From the human T2T-CHM13v2.0 reference genome, Homo sapiens, in NCBI RefSeq assembly GCF_009914755.1, contig NC_060947.1: 64,000 nucleotides of DNA. One strand, given 5' to 3'. Below, piece after piece: positions 1 to 16,399 of this stretch. Made by a program: the position numbers and the translations under genes. The notes under the pieces were generated by a model, which was given only the letters and a program-made list of their open reading frames with translations, ran no database searches and had not been told where the DNA came from. Each line of letters starts with the position of its first letter. Position 1 is the stretch's first letter.

Positions 1-1186
1 CAGGAAACATCAAGGAAGTTGGTGTGGCTGCAGCAGAGTGAGGAAGACCATGACCATACATGCCAGTTTGCCTCTGTCAGTCCCAGTTTTACCCTATTAT
101 CCTAGTGACCTTCCCTCTTGGAAGTGTCCCAGTTTGAATGATAACTCATTTAGTTGTCCTAAACAAGGTCCAGATCTTGTAAGGCCTTGGATTTGACTCT
201 GAGTTGGGAAGTCACTGGAGGATGACTTTATGTTTTAATGGGATCTCTCTGGCTTCTGTGTAGACTGAACAGTGGGCAGAGGGTGTGGGTGGAATCCGTG
301 GCATCAGTGAAACCTGTTAGGAAGATATTGCTGTAATCTAGACAAGAGATGATGGAGGTTTGGTCATGGAGGTAAGAGTGAAGATAATGAGAAGTGGTTG
401 GATGCTGAATATAGTTTGATGGCTACTAATAGTAACAACTACCATTTATCACCTATTGTATGGCATGTACTTATTAGGTGCTTTACGTAAATATGCTGTA
501 ACCCTGACAAAAACCCAGAAGGAGTATTATTCCCATTTTATGAATGAACAAACTGAAGCTCACAGAGGTTAAACAGTTTGATCAGTGGCCAGTCTTGCCA
601 TTCTTTATTTGGATTCTGTTTGAATTTTATGTTCATGTCAAGAGGTTATAATATGTGTCAGTTCAAACAAAAAGAAAATTACTACTTAACATTGTAGGTA
701 TGAATTCTGCTAAGAATACCAATAGTGTCTTATTTAGTGCATTAGTTATATTCTCAGAATCTGTGTTAATAATGAATATTTTCCATAAAATCAGTTTTCC
801 AGAAACACTAAAGTTCAGTACCTTGAACTTTATACATCATTTGAAATGCTTTCAACCTTGTCATCATGCGTTTATTTATTTATTGTCATCATAAGTAGTT
901 GTTGAATAAGTTTGTCAGCTTTCAGGATGGCAGTTTGAATGTTCAGGTTCTTAGGTTCCTGGTTCTTGTGTTTGTTAACAATTCCCTGCTGTTACATGAG
1001 CAGATGTTTGGTTGTGACCATCTTATGTTGACTGAGCATATGATCCTTTTTATAGAAATTAATTTATGGCATATTCCATCTTTGGTATCTCTTTTAACAT
1101 TCTGCTTCTAGAGGGACCTTTGGGGTCTTTTTCAATATTAATCTTTCTTTGTGTGATATTTCTTTCTTTCTTTTTTCCTTTGATAG

Positions 1187-1242
1187 ACTGGCCGGGTACT
1201 CTACACTTGCTTCCAATCCATACAGGCCCAAAAGAGTTCAGA
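1187..1242 (+). CDS. BRCC3: BRCC3 internal coding exon (56 nt), TGRVLYTCFQSIQAQKSS(E)
   Basis: Polypyrimidine tract then tgatAG|ACT at 1187; GA|GTAAGT donor at 1243. The translation matches the BRCC36 sequence as I recall it. Confidence 0.95.
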
Positions 1243-1679
1243 GTAAGTATGAGAGAGACTTATGTGTGTATTGGAGGGCTAATCTCCAATTCAGAGAATT
1301 TATTGTTTTGTTTCATTTTATTCCTTTCACTGGTAAGACACTAAGACACTGCATTTTTATTTATACTCATTTACAGCTCTACGATGAGTTAGAATCTCTT
1401 TAGCAGCTTGGATACTGGGGACCTAGGAAGCTAGGGTCATATGAGCAGTCTCTTCACTGTAATTACATCACCACAGTCCTGCCTGACATTTCCTTTTGTA
1501 CACTTATCCTAACTGAGCTGCTATTTTTCCTTTCTCTGGTAAATCATAAATCAAAGACTGAACATGCAGAGTACTAGATTTGTATAGATTCTTGTCTTTG
1601 CTGTGTCATAAACTTGATTTAAATGTTTGCATAGATCCATTTCCTTATTGAAATCCAATTCAATCTAAATTAGCAAATC

Positions 1680-1975
1680 TTTTTTTTTTTTTGAGACAGA
1701 GTCTCACTGTGTCACCCAGGCTGGAGTGCAGTGGTGTAATCTTGGCTCAGTGTAACCTCCACCTCCCGGGTTCATGCATTTCTCCTGCCTCAGCCTCCTG
1801 AATAGCTGGGACTACAGGCATGTACCACCACGCGCAGCTAATTTTTGTATTTTTAATAGAGATGGGGTTTCACCATGTTGGCCAGGATGGTCTCAAACTC
1901 CTGACCTCAGGTGATCCGCCTGCCTCGGCCTCCTAAAATACTGGGATTACAGGTGTCAGCCACTGCACCCGGCCA
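1680..1975 (-). mobile_element. Alu (S-type), full length
   Basis: Poly-T followed by the Alu reverse complement; TSD tagcaaatctt on both sides. Confidence 0.93.
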
Positions 1976-3926
1976 CTAGCAAATCTTAATTGAGTACCTA
2001 CTATATGCCATGTTCATTCATTGTCTAATTGGGAGATAGAAGCAAATACTGTATTGCCTTTTTTCTTGTCATATTTATCAATTTATTATTATAGCATTGT
2101 TTGAAATGTCAAAGAATTGGGAAACAGATGCTCATCAGTACAGAACTGATTAAATAAATTATAATACATTCATATAATGGAATAAAATGCAGCCGTTAAA
2201 AAAAAAAAAAGCAAGGAAGCTTGGTAGTAATACACAAATATCTCCAAGATATTTTGTTAAATGGAAATGCAGGGTAGAAGAACAGTAAGCTATGATTTGT
2301 GTAAAGATGTAGAAGAGAAATAGATAAATACCTAGTCAAGAAAAATTAATTTTTAAAATTTTCACCACACTAATGCATGCATATGCATGAAAATATTGAG
2401 TGGTACAGAAGGGCTTATAATAAATAGTTTCACTCCTCAAATGGAACCACTTCTTTCTCCTTATTTTCCTTTTAGTTCTTCTGTTACTTTGATATCTCTA
2501 AATAATATACTTATGATGTTCTTTCTTGATTTACCAGTTTTGGATATTTTCTATTCTTATTTATTATTGTGTTATATTGCTCTCACAAATGAGGATTTAG
2601 CTCACTTATACTACCCCATCTCCATTCTCCTCAATGTAGTTATGTTACTATTTTTTGTTCTGTTGGTTACTTTTCTAATCTTAAAGTTTGCTTATTTATT
2701 CTATTAACAATTGACAGTAGACAATATTTTTTGGCTCCCTGCTGTTACTTGTAGTTTTACCCTAAGCATTTATATTTTCACAGTTGTAAGCATCTATGTT
2801 CTGTGTTGTAACCATAATTGCATTTTCTGTGCTTTGTCTATGGTTGATTCTGAGAGTAGAAAATAAAGTGTTTATATTGTTATTATTATGTAAAGATTAT
2901 TCTCTGTACAACCAAGCAGTGTAGTGTACTATGATTCCACTTCCTTTCTTACATAGCTTTTTGTTTTTTACATGGGGTTTTGAGTGGCTTTTTCCCCTTA
3001 TTTTTCTGCCTTTATCATCTCCCAGAGCTCTACATCCTCAGAAGTAATATTAAAATATTTGGAATCCTTGCTTTTCCTAGGATTGCTCCCTTGAAACCCA
3101 CTATCCTCTTACCCTGATCTGGTATCTTCTCTAGGCCTACTGCACAGCTGACATTCTGGGACTTTCCTTCATTATTCTCCTGGGTTGGATCCATTGTCAC
3201 CTGGATTTTATGTTATCTTTCTTGGTTCACTGTGTCATTTTGCTGGAAAAGACTCTCTAGTAACTTCCTAAGAATGGTGTGTATTTCAGCTAAACTTTCT
3301 GAGTTCTGCTTGTCTGAAATGTTTTTATTCTTAATTAATAACCTTACTAGATAAAGAATTCAAAGTGGAAATTTTCCCCCTCATAACTTTGAAGGCATTG
3401 TTTCATTGTTTTTAAACATCCAATGTTACTGATGATAAGCCTTTGTAGGGCATTTTTTTCCCTTCTCTGACAGCTTTTAGGTATCTCTCTTTATTCTTGA
3501 TGTGAAATTTTCTATGATTTTCTAACTATGATATAGTTAGAATGTGGATATTTTATTCAAACTGCTGTACACTTCAATCAGAAAGTGCTTGTCTTTCAGC
3601 TCTGGGCAATTCTCTGTTGTTTTTTGTTTGTTTGTTTTGTATTCCCAGATAAAACAATCCACAACCTACCTAGTTCCTGGAGAGAGGAAATCTTATTTGT
3701 AACTCAGTCCAATTCCATAATTTAAACAGTTTCTTCTAGTTTATATTGGTCTTTGGGGAATGACTTCTCATTCCTTCAATTACTTCCGTTACTCCCCATG
3801 TTCACTCTAAGATGGCATCAGAAGTATTGGGAAGATGACTTAAATAAAACTACACTGTAAGGAAAGGAGGCTTTCTAGTCTCATGCTGGTTATGGTAGTC
3901 AGTGTAGGAGTCCTTGTTCTCATGGT

Positions 3927-4053
3927 CAGTGTTCTCCTTAATTTATCCAATAGAATCCTGTCTCATGGACTTGAAGTCCTAGCAGAAGGAGATGCATCTC
4001 TCACTTCAAGTCCATGAGACAGGATTCTATTGGATAAATTAAGGAGAACACTG
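3927..4053. repeat. Perfect inverted repeat: 51-bp arms (3927-3977 and 4003-4053), 25-bp spacer
   Basis: The right arm is the exact reverse complement of cagtgttctccttaatttatccaatagaatcctgtctcatggacttgaagt. Confidence 0.97.
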
Positions 4054-5391
4054 GTGATGCTTCCTCTCTCACAGCTCTCTCCTTCCTTTTCCCCCTAAGT
4101 TAATAGGACAGAGATATCATATCCTTTTCTCTATTCTTTGATAATTCCTCCCTGTTTTTTTCCCTTTCTTTTTCTAGAACTCCTATCAGTCACAAGTTAA
4201 AGGTCCTAAATTGACCTAATGACTCTTTCTTTTTACTCATATTTTCTGTCTCTTTTATTTTGTTCTAGTTTCGGCTTTTTAAAATTTTATCTTCCAACTC
4301 TTTTATTTTGGCAATTTTATATTTTTAATTTTCAAGAGTTTTTTCTACATTTGCTGGTTACTCCCATTTCACAGCATCCTTTTTTATTTTATTGATATGA
4401 TATTGAAAATGTTAGATTGCCTTCTGTTTTTTACAGTTACCTGTTTCCTCTGATAATTTTTTTTTGTTTAATTTTTAAAATCTTCCTTGTCTATCCCTTT
4501 TTAAGAATAAAGCAACAAAAAGTGAAGTGGTAGCTCATTATTTGTGGCCTTGGCTTGTCAACATGAGGCTTCACTTTACGGTGAATAGGTTGGGAGCCAG
4601 CTCTTTTGTTCAGGTATCACTCTGTTCTAGACCTGAGATATCTTGCTGTGGGACACCAGTCTTAGCCATTGCTGTCATACTTCCTCCCAGACAGTTTATC
4701 ATTATTATTGTTATCATTATTAACTATTAATTAGAAGAATTCTTGATGCTGCTGTTACTGCAAATGATAATGATTATTATTATTATTATTTTGATAAAAG
4801 AATGAAAGCTTGGTTATTAAACATTTGGTGTATACGCAGGCCAAATCATGAAGGAACACAAGAGAGTAGCTAGAGTCTCATTGCTGGTAGGAGGAACAAA
4901 AGGGGTCCAAGAAATCACATAAAGGGAGGAACATGATAAAGCAACTTCATAAAGTTGCTTATAAATTTCTGGGCTAATACTTGAGCAATGTATGCATGGA
5001 TCTGATCCTAATTAGCATAATTTAGAACAGAATTAACCAATAGACCACCGCATAGATCCTATACTGACCACTAGGTGGTGCACATGCAGGTATGATCCAA
5101 AGAACACTACAAAGGCTCTGAAAAATTAGAACCGCTGCCTACAGAAGGCTGCGGAAAATTGAACCTGAACCTAACTAGGTGGATTGTTACAAAAGTAACA
5201 ACATTCTCCATAGAATATAAACAAGACCCAGCGTGTCAACATAATATTCCAAATACTGGGAATCCAATTCAGAATTACTTGGTATGTGAAGAACTGAGAA
5301 AATTTCAACTTGCATAGAAAAGGACATTAACAGATGCCAACACTGAGCTGACACCCATGTAGGAATTGTGTGATAAAGACTTTAAAGCAAA

Positions 5392-6462
5392 TACAGATTG
5401 AGTATCCTTTATATGAAATACTTTCAGATTTTAGATTTTTTAAGATTTTAGAATATTTGCATTATACTTACTGGTTGAGCATCCCTAATCTGAAAATATG
5501 AATTCCACAGTGCTCCAATGGTCATTTTCTTTGAGTGTAATGTTGATTCTTATAGAATAAGAATATAAAGAATGAGAATATTTTTGTATAGCTGTACAGT
5601 GTGTTTTAAGCTAAGTGTTACCAGATTCAAAATATTAACAAGTTTATAAAGTAAAAGAGTTACGGTTAATTATTGAAGAAAGAAAAAATTTAGTTTTTAT
5701 TGTTATTTATTTATTTTTTTGTGATGGAGTTTTGTTCTTGTCACCCAGACTGGAGTACAACGGCAGGATCTAGGCTCACTGCAACCTCCACCTCCCGGGT
5801 TCAAGTGATTCTCCTGCCTCAGCCTCCTGAGTAGCTGGGATTACAGGCGTGCACCACCATGCCTGGCTAATTTTTGTATTTTTAGCAGAGATTGAATTTC
5901 ACCATGTTGGCCAGGCTGGTCTTGAACTCCTGACCTAAGGTGATTCATCCACCTCGGCCTCCCAAAGCGCTGGGATTATAGGCATGAGCCACCGTGCCCA
6001 GCCAAGAAAGAAACAATTTTTAATATAGTGTAGCCTAAGTGTTCAGTGTTATAAAGTTTCCAGTAGTGTACAGTAATATCTTAGGCCTTAACATTCCCTC
6101 ACCACTCACTTAATTGCTCACCCAGAGCAACTTCCAGTCCTGCAAACTCCATTCATGGTAAGTGCCCTATACAGGTGTACTTTTTTTTGGTCTTTTATTC
6201 TGTATTTCTACTGTACCTTTTCTGTGTTTAGATACACAAATAGTTGTCATTGTGTTACAGCTGCCTATGGTATTCCATATGATAACATGCTGTACAGGTT
6301 TATAGCATGGGAGCAATAGGCTATACCATATAGCCTGGGCATGTAGTAGGCTGTACCATCTTGTTTGGTATAAGTACACTGTATGATGTTTTAATGACAA
6401 TGAAGTTGCCTAACGATGCATTTCTCAGGACGCATCTCCATCAATAAGTAATGCATGACTGT
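5392..6462. mobile_element. Tigger-family DNA transposon fossils (Tigger4/Tigger3-like), interrupted by an Alu
   Basis: Motifs cagattgagtatcc, cagtagtgtacagtaat and the terminus gcatgactg resemble Tigger consensi. Confidence 0.6.
5700..6003 (-). mobile_element. Alu (S-type)
   Basis: Alu reverse complement with T-rich tail. Confidence 0.92.
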
Positions 6463-6464
6463 AT

Positions 6465-8451
<1,987 letters not shown>

Positions 8452-8898
8452 TCAGTTTCTTAGCCTTTTTTAAAAATTCTGCATTTCTCTTTATTAATTT
8501 ATTCTATTTTCTTTGCATTTTATTGTTGTATTCTAAATTCTTGAGGTGAAAACCAGGTTTATTTTCTGTCTTCCTAGTTTTCTAATAAATACATTTGAGG
8601 TCATAAATTTTCCTCTTCACTCTGGGCCCACAGGTTTTGATGTATATATAGTAAGGCAGTTCTGATGTTTTTTGTTTGTTTACTTGTAAATAATTTGTAC
8701 TTTCCATTTTTATTTTCTCTTCAACCCAAGGGTTATTTAGAAGTGCATTTAAAAATTTAAAATTTTGAAATTTCCAGTTGTTTAGACTTGAGGGAGGGAC
8801 TAGTATGTTAATTTTTAACACTACATTATGGTAACTGATTGTGGCCTGTGTGGTATCAGCCTTACGGATTTTTAAAATATTTCCTCTGTTACCTAGAA

Positions 8899-9110
8899 CA
8901 GGGGTCCACAAACTATAGCTTGTAGGCCAGGTTGGCCTGGGGCCTACATTTGTAAATCACGTTTTATTGGAATATAGCCACATCCATTTATTTACATATT
9001 GTCTATGACCCCTTTCCAGCTATGATTGTAGAGCTGACTGTTGTAATAGAGACCCTGTGGCCCACACAGCTTAAAATATGTCTTTACTTCAAGAGTTTGC
9101 TGATCCCTGA
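8899..9110. mobile_element. MER58-like hAT MITE
   Basis: Termini caggggtc...gatccctg; internal catccattatttacatattgtctatg. Confidence 0.7.
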
Positions 9111-9521
9111 CTTAAAACATAGTCAATTTTCACAGCTTTTTCATTTGGGTTGAAAGTATGTATATTTTCTCTTGGGTACAAGTTCCTTATATCCCCGTCA
9201 GAATAAGCTTAAGTTGTGTTATACCAATCCTTATATCCTTCATTGTGGTTTTGATTATTGATATCTGAGAGAGATGTGTATGTATAAACTTCCCATCCCA
9301 ACTAAATTATTTGTCCACTTTCATATTTTAGTCAGAGTTAGCTTTATATCCTTTGAAGCTGTTTTTTGTTTGTTTGTTTGTTTTAGTGCAGAATATTTAC
9401 AGGTCATAACTATTAAACTTCTCTGTGTTTTTCCTTCACACAATATGAAATAGTCCTCTTTGTCCTATTTATTTTTTATTTATGCCTTGAATTCTTTCTC
9501 TCTAAATAATATTATTGTTCC

Positions 9522-10050
9522 CGTCAGGATTAGGTTCAGCAGCATATATTAGAAAAAAAAATTTAAATAAGAAATAAAATTAGAAATGTTTTTTTTTTTT
9601 TTTTGTGGTAAAAGAAGTCTGGAGATGGATATCAGGTCTCAGGGCTCTGCAGTGTCATCAGGGACCCAGACTCCTCTATTTTGCTTCACCATCTTGGTGT
9701 GTGGTTTCCATCCTAAGGTCCCTTCATGGTCCACGAGACTTCTGGAGCTCCAGCCAGCACATCTCCATTGAGGGCCAGAAGGAAGAGGAAAGGTAGGAGG
9801 GCAAAAAGGGGCCTGTCCCCCAGCTCAACTGATTTCCAATAAGTGACCTTCCCAGAAGTCCCAGAAAACAATTCCACTTCCATCTCACTGGCAGAACTCA
9901 GTCAAGTGGCCATACCTAAGCTGCCAAGGAGACTAGGAAATCTAGTCTTTTACTTCAAGTAGCTCTGTCTTTGCTAAAAATGGACATTCTGTTATCAAGG
10001 AGGAAAGTGAGAATGCGCATTTGGAATAGGCAGCCAGCAATCTCTGCCAC
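9522..10050 (-). mobile_element. MaLR LTR (MLT1J/K-like), antisense, hosting the BRCC3 cassette exon
   Basis: ttaggttcagc ... catctcactggcagaactcagtcaagtggccatacctaagctgccaaggagactaggaaatctagtcttt ... tctctgccac resembles the old MLT1 reverse complement. Confidence 0.72.
9718..9792 (+). CDS. BRCC3: BRCC3 alternative in-frame cassette exon (75 nt), (E)SLHGPRDFWSSSQHISIEGQKEEE(R)
   Basis: cctaAG|G acceptor and AG|GTAGGA donor; phase 2-2, 25 codons. The peptide matches the insert of the long human BRCC36 isoform as I recall it. Confidence 0.88.
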
Positions 10051-11156
10051 TGCCCGTTATGTATTATAGTTCTTGTTAGCATTTGTTTGCCTATTATAAC
10101 TTTTTCCACTCTTTTATTTTTGACCTTCCTCAGTTATTTTGTTTTAGGTATGCCTCTTATAAAATATAGCAAGATCTTGAGTTTTTTGGTTTTAAGCAAT
10201 CAGGACATTCGTCTCTTAATAGGTGAATGTCATACATTCATTTTATTACCATTGCTGACATATGTGGCAGTATTTCTGCCATTATGTTTTGCCTTCTGTT
10301 TGCTATGCTTTTAATTTTTTCCCCTTCCTGTCACTTGCACTCATTGAGTTTTCTGGTGTCTGATTTTTCTGTTTTAGGAATTGTCCTTACTAAATCAATT
10401 TTTAAGGTTATTACTCGATGTTTTTTAATATTCCGTTTTGAAATAATATTAGATTTACAGTAAAGTTGTAAGAATAGTATTAAGGATTCCTGTATACCCC
10501 TCACCCAGATTCCCCAAATGTTGGTATTTTGTCACATTTCTATTGTCATTTTTTTTCTTTATTGTATGGATATTTTTCCTGTACCATTTGACAGTAAGTT
10601 GCACACATGATACCTCTTCAGTAGGCATTTCTGAAAGAACGACGACATTCTCTTACATAACCAGAATATCATTATCCGTATCAGGAAATTAAAATCCTTA
10701 CAGCATTATTATCTAATCCATAGATAGTATTCAAATGTCATCACCAATTTTTCTAATTACATCCATATAACAGAAGAAAAAACCTTTAGTCTGGTCCTGG
10801 ATGCAGTCCAAGTTCACACATTGCACGTAATTGTCTTGGCTGTTTAGTTTCCTTTGGCTTGAAACAGTTCTTATGTCTTTTGTGACCTAAACATTTTTGA
10901 AGACTACTAAAGGGCAGTTATTTTGGAAAATGTCCTTCATTTTGGATTTGTTCATGTTTTATCATGATTAGATGTAGATTATGCACTTTTCGCAATAATG
11001 CCACTGAAGTTATGTTGGTTCTTTTGGTGATTTGTATCAGGAGGCACATGTCAATTTGTTCCATTACTGGTGATTTTAACTTTGACCATGTGCTTCAGGT
11101 AGTGCCTGATATGTTTTTCCACTGTAAAGTTAATTATTCCCTTTGATATTAATAAA

Positions 11157-11785
<629 letters not shown>

Positions 11786-12199
11786 ATCTTGTGGGGAGTT
11801 TTAGCATTCATCAATTAGTATTTCCTAAATTACTTATTACTAAGATGTTTGTCACATGGCAATGTTCTAATTCCATCATTCCTTCAACATTTACTAGTTG
11901 GTATTCTTCTCTAAGAAAGAGTTTTCTCTTCTGCCAATTTGATTATTTGTTCATTTATTTATTTATATTAATGTGAACACCTGGATCCTTATTTTATTCA
12001 ATGAGTTTTAATCCATTACTATCATTAGTTATTTTGAGGCACCCAGTGTTTCAGAATTGGCTAGTGGAAGCTTTTCCTGTGTTATTTTGACCTACTCCCA
12101 TCTTTCTTTGATTTTCTAGCACAAGTAGATGTTCCAGGTTTGTCTCATTCTTTCCTCTACCCAGCCTGGATTCATTATTTCTCCAAGGAGCCTTGGTTC

Positions 12200-15100
12200 T
12201 TTGTAATTCTTTTCTTCCATCATGCCCTATCACTTCTCTAACCACAGAAAACCCTGATCTACTATTAGTACAGATTGGTCTTCATTTTCTAGATTTTTTT
12301 GTATATGGAATCATAGAGTATGTACTTTTTTGTCTGTCTCTTTTCATACATCGTAATTATTCTGAGATTCAGCCATGTCACAGCATGTATCAATAGTCTG
12401 TCCTTTTTATTACAGAATAATATTAAATTGTATAAATATTACCACAATATGTTTATCCATTCACCTGTTGATGGATATTTGAGTTATTTATAGTTTTTGT
12501 CTATTACAAATAAAGCTGCTTAGAACATTTGTATATAGGTCTTGGTGTGGATATATGCCTTTCCTTTCCTTGGGGAAATACCTAGGATCACACTGGCTGA
12601 ACATACAGTAGTCTTCCAAAGTATGGACATGGTATATCTCTCCATTTATTTAGGTCTTTAATTATCTCAGTAATGGTTTGTGGTTTTCAATATACAGGTC
12701 TTCCATATCTTTTGTCATATTTATCCCTATACATTTCATGTATTTATATTATTGTAAATGTGATTGTATTAATTTCAATTTCCTATTCATTGCTACTATA
12801 TAAAAGTACAATTCATTTTTGTATATTGAGTTAATATCCTACAACCTTGCTAAATTCAATTACTTTTAATAGCTTTTTTGAAGGGTCCATTGGATTATCT
12901 ACAGGCGATTATGTCATCTGTGATTAAAGGCAGTTTCACTTGTTTCTTTCCAATGTGGATGCCTTCTGTTTATTTATTTATTTTTTTGCCTTATTGCGTT
13001 GTTAGAACCTCTAATAAGCTGTTGAATACAGCTGGTAAGAGCGGTCATGGTAACTTTGTTCCTAATCTTTGGAGAAATCATTTACTCTTTCACCATTAAG
13101 TATGATGTTACCTGAAGATTTTTCATAGATTCCTTTAATCAGTTTGAGGAAGTTTCTTCAATTCCTGGATTGATAAGAAAATGTTTTCAACAAAAACAGA
13201 TGTTGTATTTTGTCAAATGGTTATCTCCTTTATAGACTAATTAGCTGTAGTCTTTTGTTATTTCAGTGGTTGCTTTAGGGTTTTTCACAGGGTCTGTCAA
13301 CATTGGCACTATTGACATTTTGGGTCACATAGTTTTTGTGTGTGTGTGTGTGCGTGTGTGTGTGTTGTCATAATCAGAAACATCTCCAGACACAGCCAAA
13401 TGTTTTCTGCAGGGAAAAATTACCCCTGGTTGAAAACCACTAGTTTATAGTATACATCTTTTACGTATCACAGTCTGTCTTCGAGTGATATTTTACTAGT
13501 TCATACGTAGTATAAGAATCTTGCAACATCATACTTTCATTTCTCGCCTCCTGGCCTTTGTGCCATTGTGGTCATACATTTTACTTGTATGTATAAGTTT
13601 TATTTAAACAGTTTATTATCTTTTCAAGAAATTTAAATAAGAAAAGTCTTTGTATTTAACCATATGGTTAGTCATTTCTAGTGCTCTTAGTTTCTTTGTT
13701 TACATCTGGTATCATTTTCTCTCTTCTTGAAGAACATCCTTTAATGTGTCTTGTAGTGTAGCTCTGCCGGTGCTATATTCTTTTGACTTTGATATATCTG
13801 AAAAAAGTCTTTGCCTTCATTTTTTGAAAGATATTTTCGATGGGTAAAGAACTCTAGGTTGCCTTTTTTACATTCAGAACTATAAAGATATTTCTCCGCT
13901 GTTCAACAAGAAAGTGGCTGACATTTTTACCTTTGTCTACTCTACTTAATGTGTCCTTTTTTAAGGCTTCTTTTAAGATTTTGTTTTTATCACTGGCTTT
14001 AAACCATTTGAGTATAAGTGTATCATGGTGTAATTGTTTCCTGTGCTTGGGTTTCATTGAGCTGCTTGGATCTGTGGATTTATGTATTTTTTTTCATCAA
14101 ATTTACAAAAACTTCAGACATTATTTCCACTAGTTTTTTATGTCCCACTTTCTCCTCTCCTTTAGGTGTTTCAACTAACCATATATTTGGCCACTTAATG
14201 TTACCTCACAGTTCACTGATGCTCTGTTCATTGTTTTTCAGTCTTTTTTTTTTCTATCTGTGATTTGTTCTGTATAGTTTCTATTGCTGTCTTCTAGTTT
14301 ACTCATCTTTCTTTCTGCAATGTTAAATTTACCATTAATCCTGTCCACTGTATGTTTTAATTTTTATTTATTTATTTTTTTAGAGACAGGGTCACGCTCT
14401 GTCACCTAGGCTGGAGTGCAGTCTAAAAGTCTCATTTGGATCTTTTAAATTTTTTCTTTTCTATACTTAACATGTTTAATCTTCTAGCTTCTTGAACATA
14501 CAAAATAGTTATAATATTCATTTTAATGTTTTTGTCCTCCAATTTTGTCACTAAATCAGCATCATTCTGGGCCAATTCCAATTCATTTCCTCTCCTTATA
14601 GGTTGGACTCTTCTGCTGCTTTTCATGCCTGATAATTTTTGATTGGATGCAGACACTGTGAATTTTACCTTATTGGGTACTAGATATATTTGTATTCCTA
14701 AAAATATTCTTGAGTTTTGTTTCAAGATACTGTTAAAATTATTAGGAAACATTCCTATCCCTTTGGATCTTGCTTTTAAGCTTTGTTAGGCAGAAACAAA
14801 GCAGTGTTTAATATAAGGTTCATTTTTTCCCCACTACTGAGGCAAGACCCTTTTTAATACTCTGATGCTTCCAATATTATGAGATTTTCCATTCGGACTG
14901 TTGAAAATAGATGCTATTCCTGCCCCTGTGCATACTTTGGAGTTCACTGGAGGGTCTGGACATGTTGTTTCTCTTCCTATGCAGCTCTTTCCTCTACGGT
15001 ACTTTACTTTGCAAACACAAGCTATCTTGGCCTTCCCAGAGTCTCAGCTCCATTTTCTCAACTCGGCATCTGCCAAGCCCTACCTGGGGGTTCTCCTTGT

Positions 15101-15590
15101 GCTTCAGCTGGGAAACTTTCTCCAGTTTACCTCTGAGTTCAACCTGATAACTCCAATTCTATTTCCATACTTTAAGGTTCATCCTAGCATTCTCCTTTTT
15201 CATATTCACAGTTCTTTTTATTAAGCTTTATTGAGGTATAATTAACATGCAGAATTGCACATATTTAATGTACACATTTTGATGAGTTTGGACATATGCC
15301 TAAGAGTGTATACTCAAAATACTTAGCTGGGTTCAGTCTATTTTCCCCCTGACCACTTCAGTGTGGTTATATGATTTATTTGAAAGACAGCTTTTTCTTG
15401 TTTGCTTGTTTTCCATTTTAGGATTTTTTTTAACTCATACTTTTTTCCCTTTTAGAGTATATGAAACATCAACATGGTTCAAAAAGTCAAAAGTCAGAAC
15501 TATATAGAGTTAATTTTGTATAGACTAAGATATGAATCTAATTTTATCTCTTTCTAAATGGCAATCTACCTGTTACAAAACCATTGTTTA
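12200..15590 (-). mobile_element. Mosaic of old L1M fragments (with a MER20-like piece, a (TG)n tract near 13318-13345 and a short Alu fragment near 14365-14422)
   Basis: T-rich antisense L1 motifs; minus-strand ORFs 13854..14057 and 14432..14752 resemble L1 ORF1 and upstream remnants. Confidence 0.65.
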
Positions 15591-15933
<343 letters not shown>

Positions 15934-16099
15934 TTACCATATATGAAAGCTCCCTATTCACTTGGATCTCTTTCTTTTTATTCTGTCTGTCCATTTAGTT
16001 ACCATCACATAAATTATGGTGGCTTTATTGTATGTTTTATTATCCATAGGGCTAGTCTCCATTGTAGCTTTTCTTTTCTCAGTGTTTCCCTGACTATTC

Positions 16100-16390
16100 T
16101 TTTTGTTTTGTTTTGTTTTGAGACGGAGTCTCGCCCAGTTGTCCAGGCTGGAGTGCAGTGGTGCGATCTTGGCTCACAGCAGCCTCTGCCTCCCGGGATC
16201 AAGCTGTTCTCCTGTCTCAGACTCCTGAGTAGCAGGGATTACAGGCACGTGCCATCACACCTGGCTAATTTTTGTATTTTTAGTGGAGACAGGGTTTCAC
16301 CATGTTGCCCAAGCTGGTCTCGAACTCCCAACCTCCCAAAGTGCTGGGATTACAGGTGTGAGCCCAGGCTTGAGCCACCACGCCCATCCA
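16100..16390 (-). mobile_element. Alu (S-type) with internal deletion
   Basis: Alu reverse complement; TSD ccctgactattctt. Confidence 0.9.
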
Positions 16391-16399
16391 AGACCCTGA

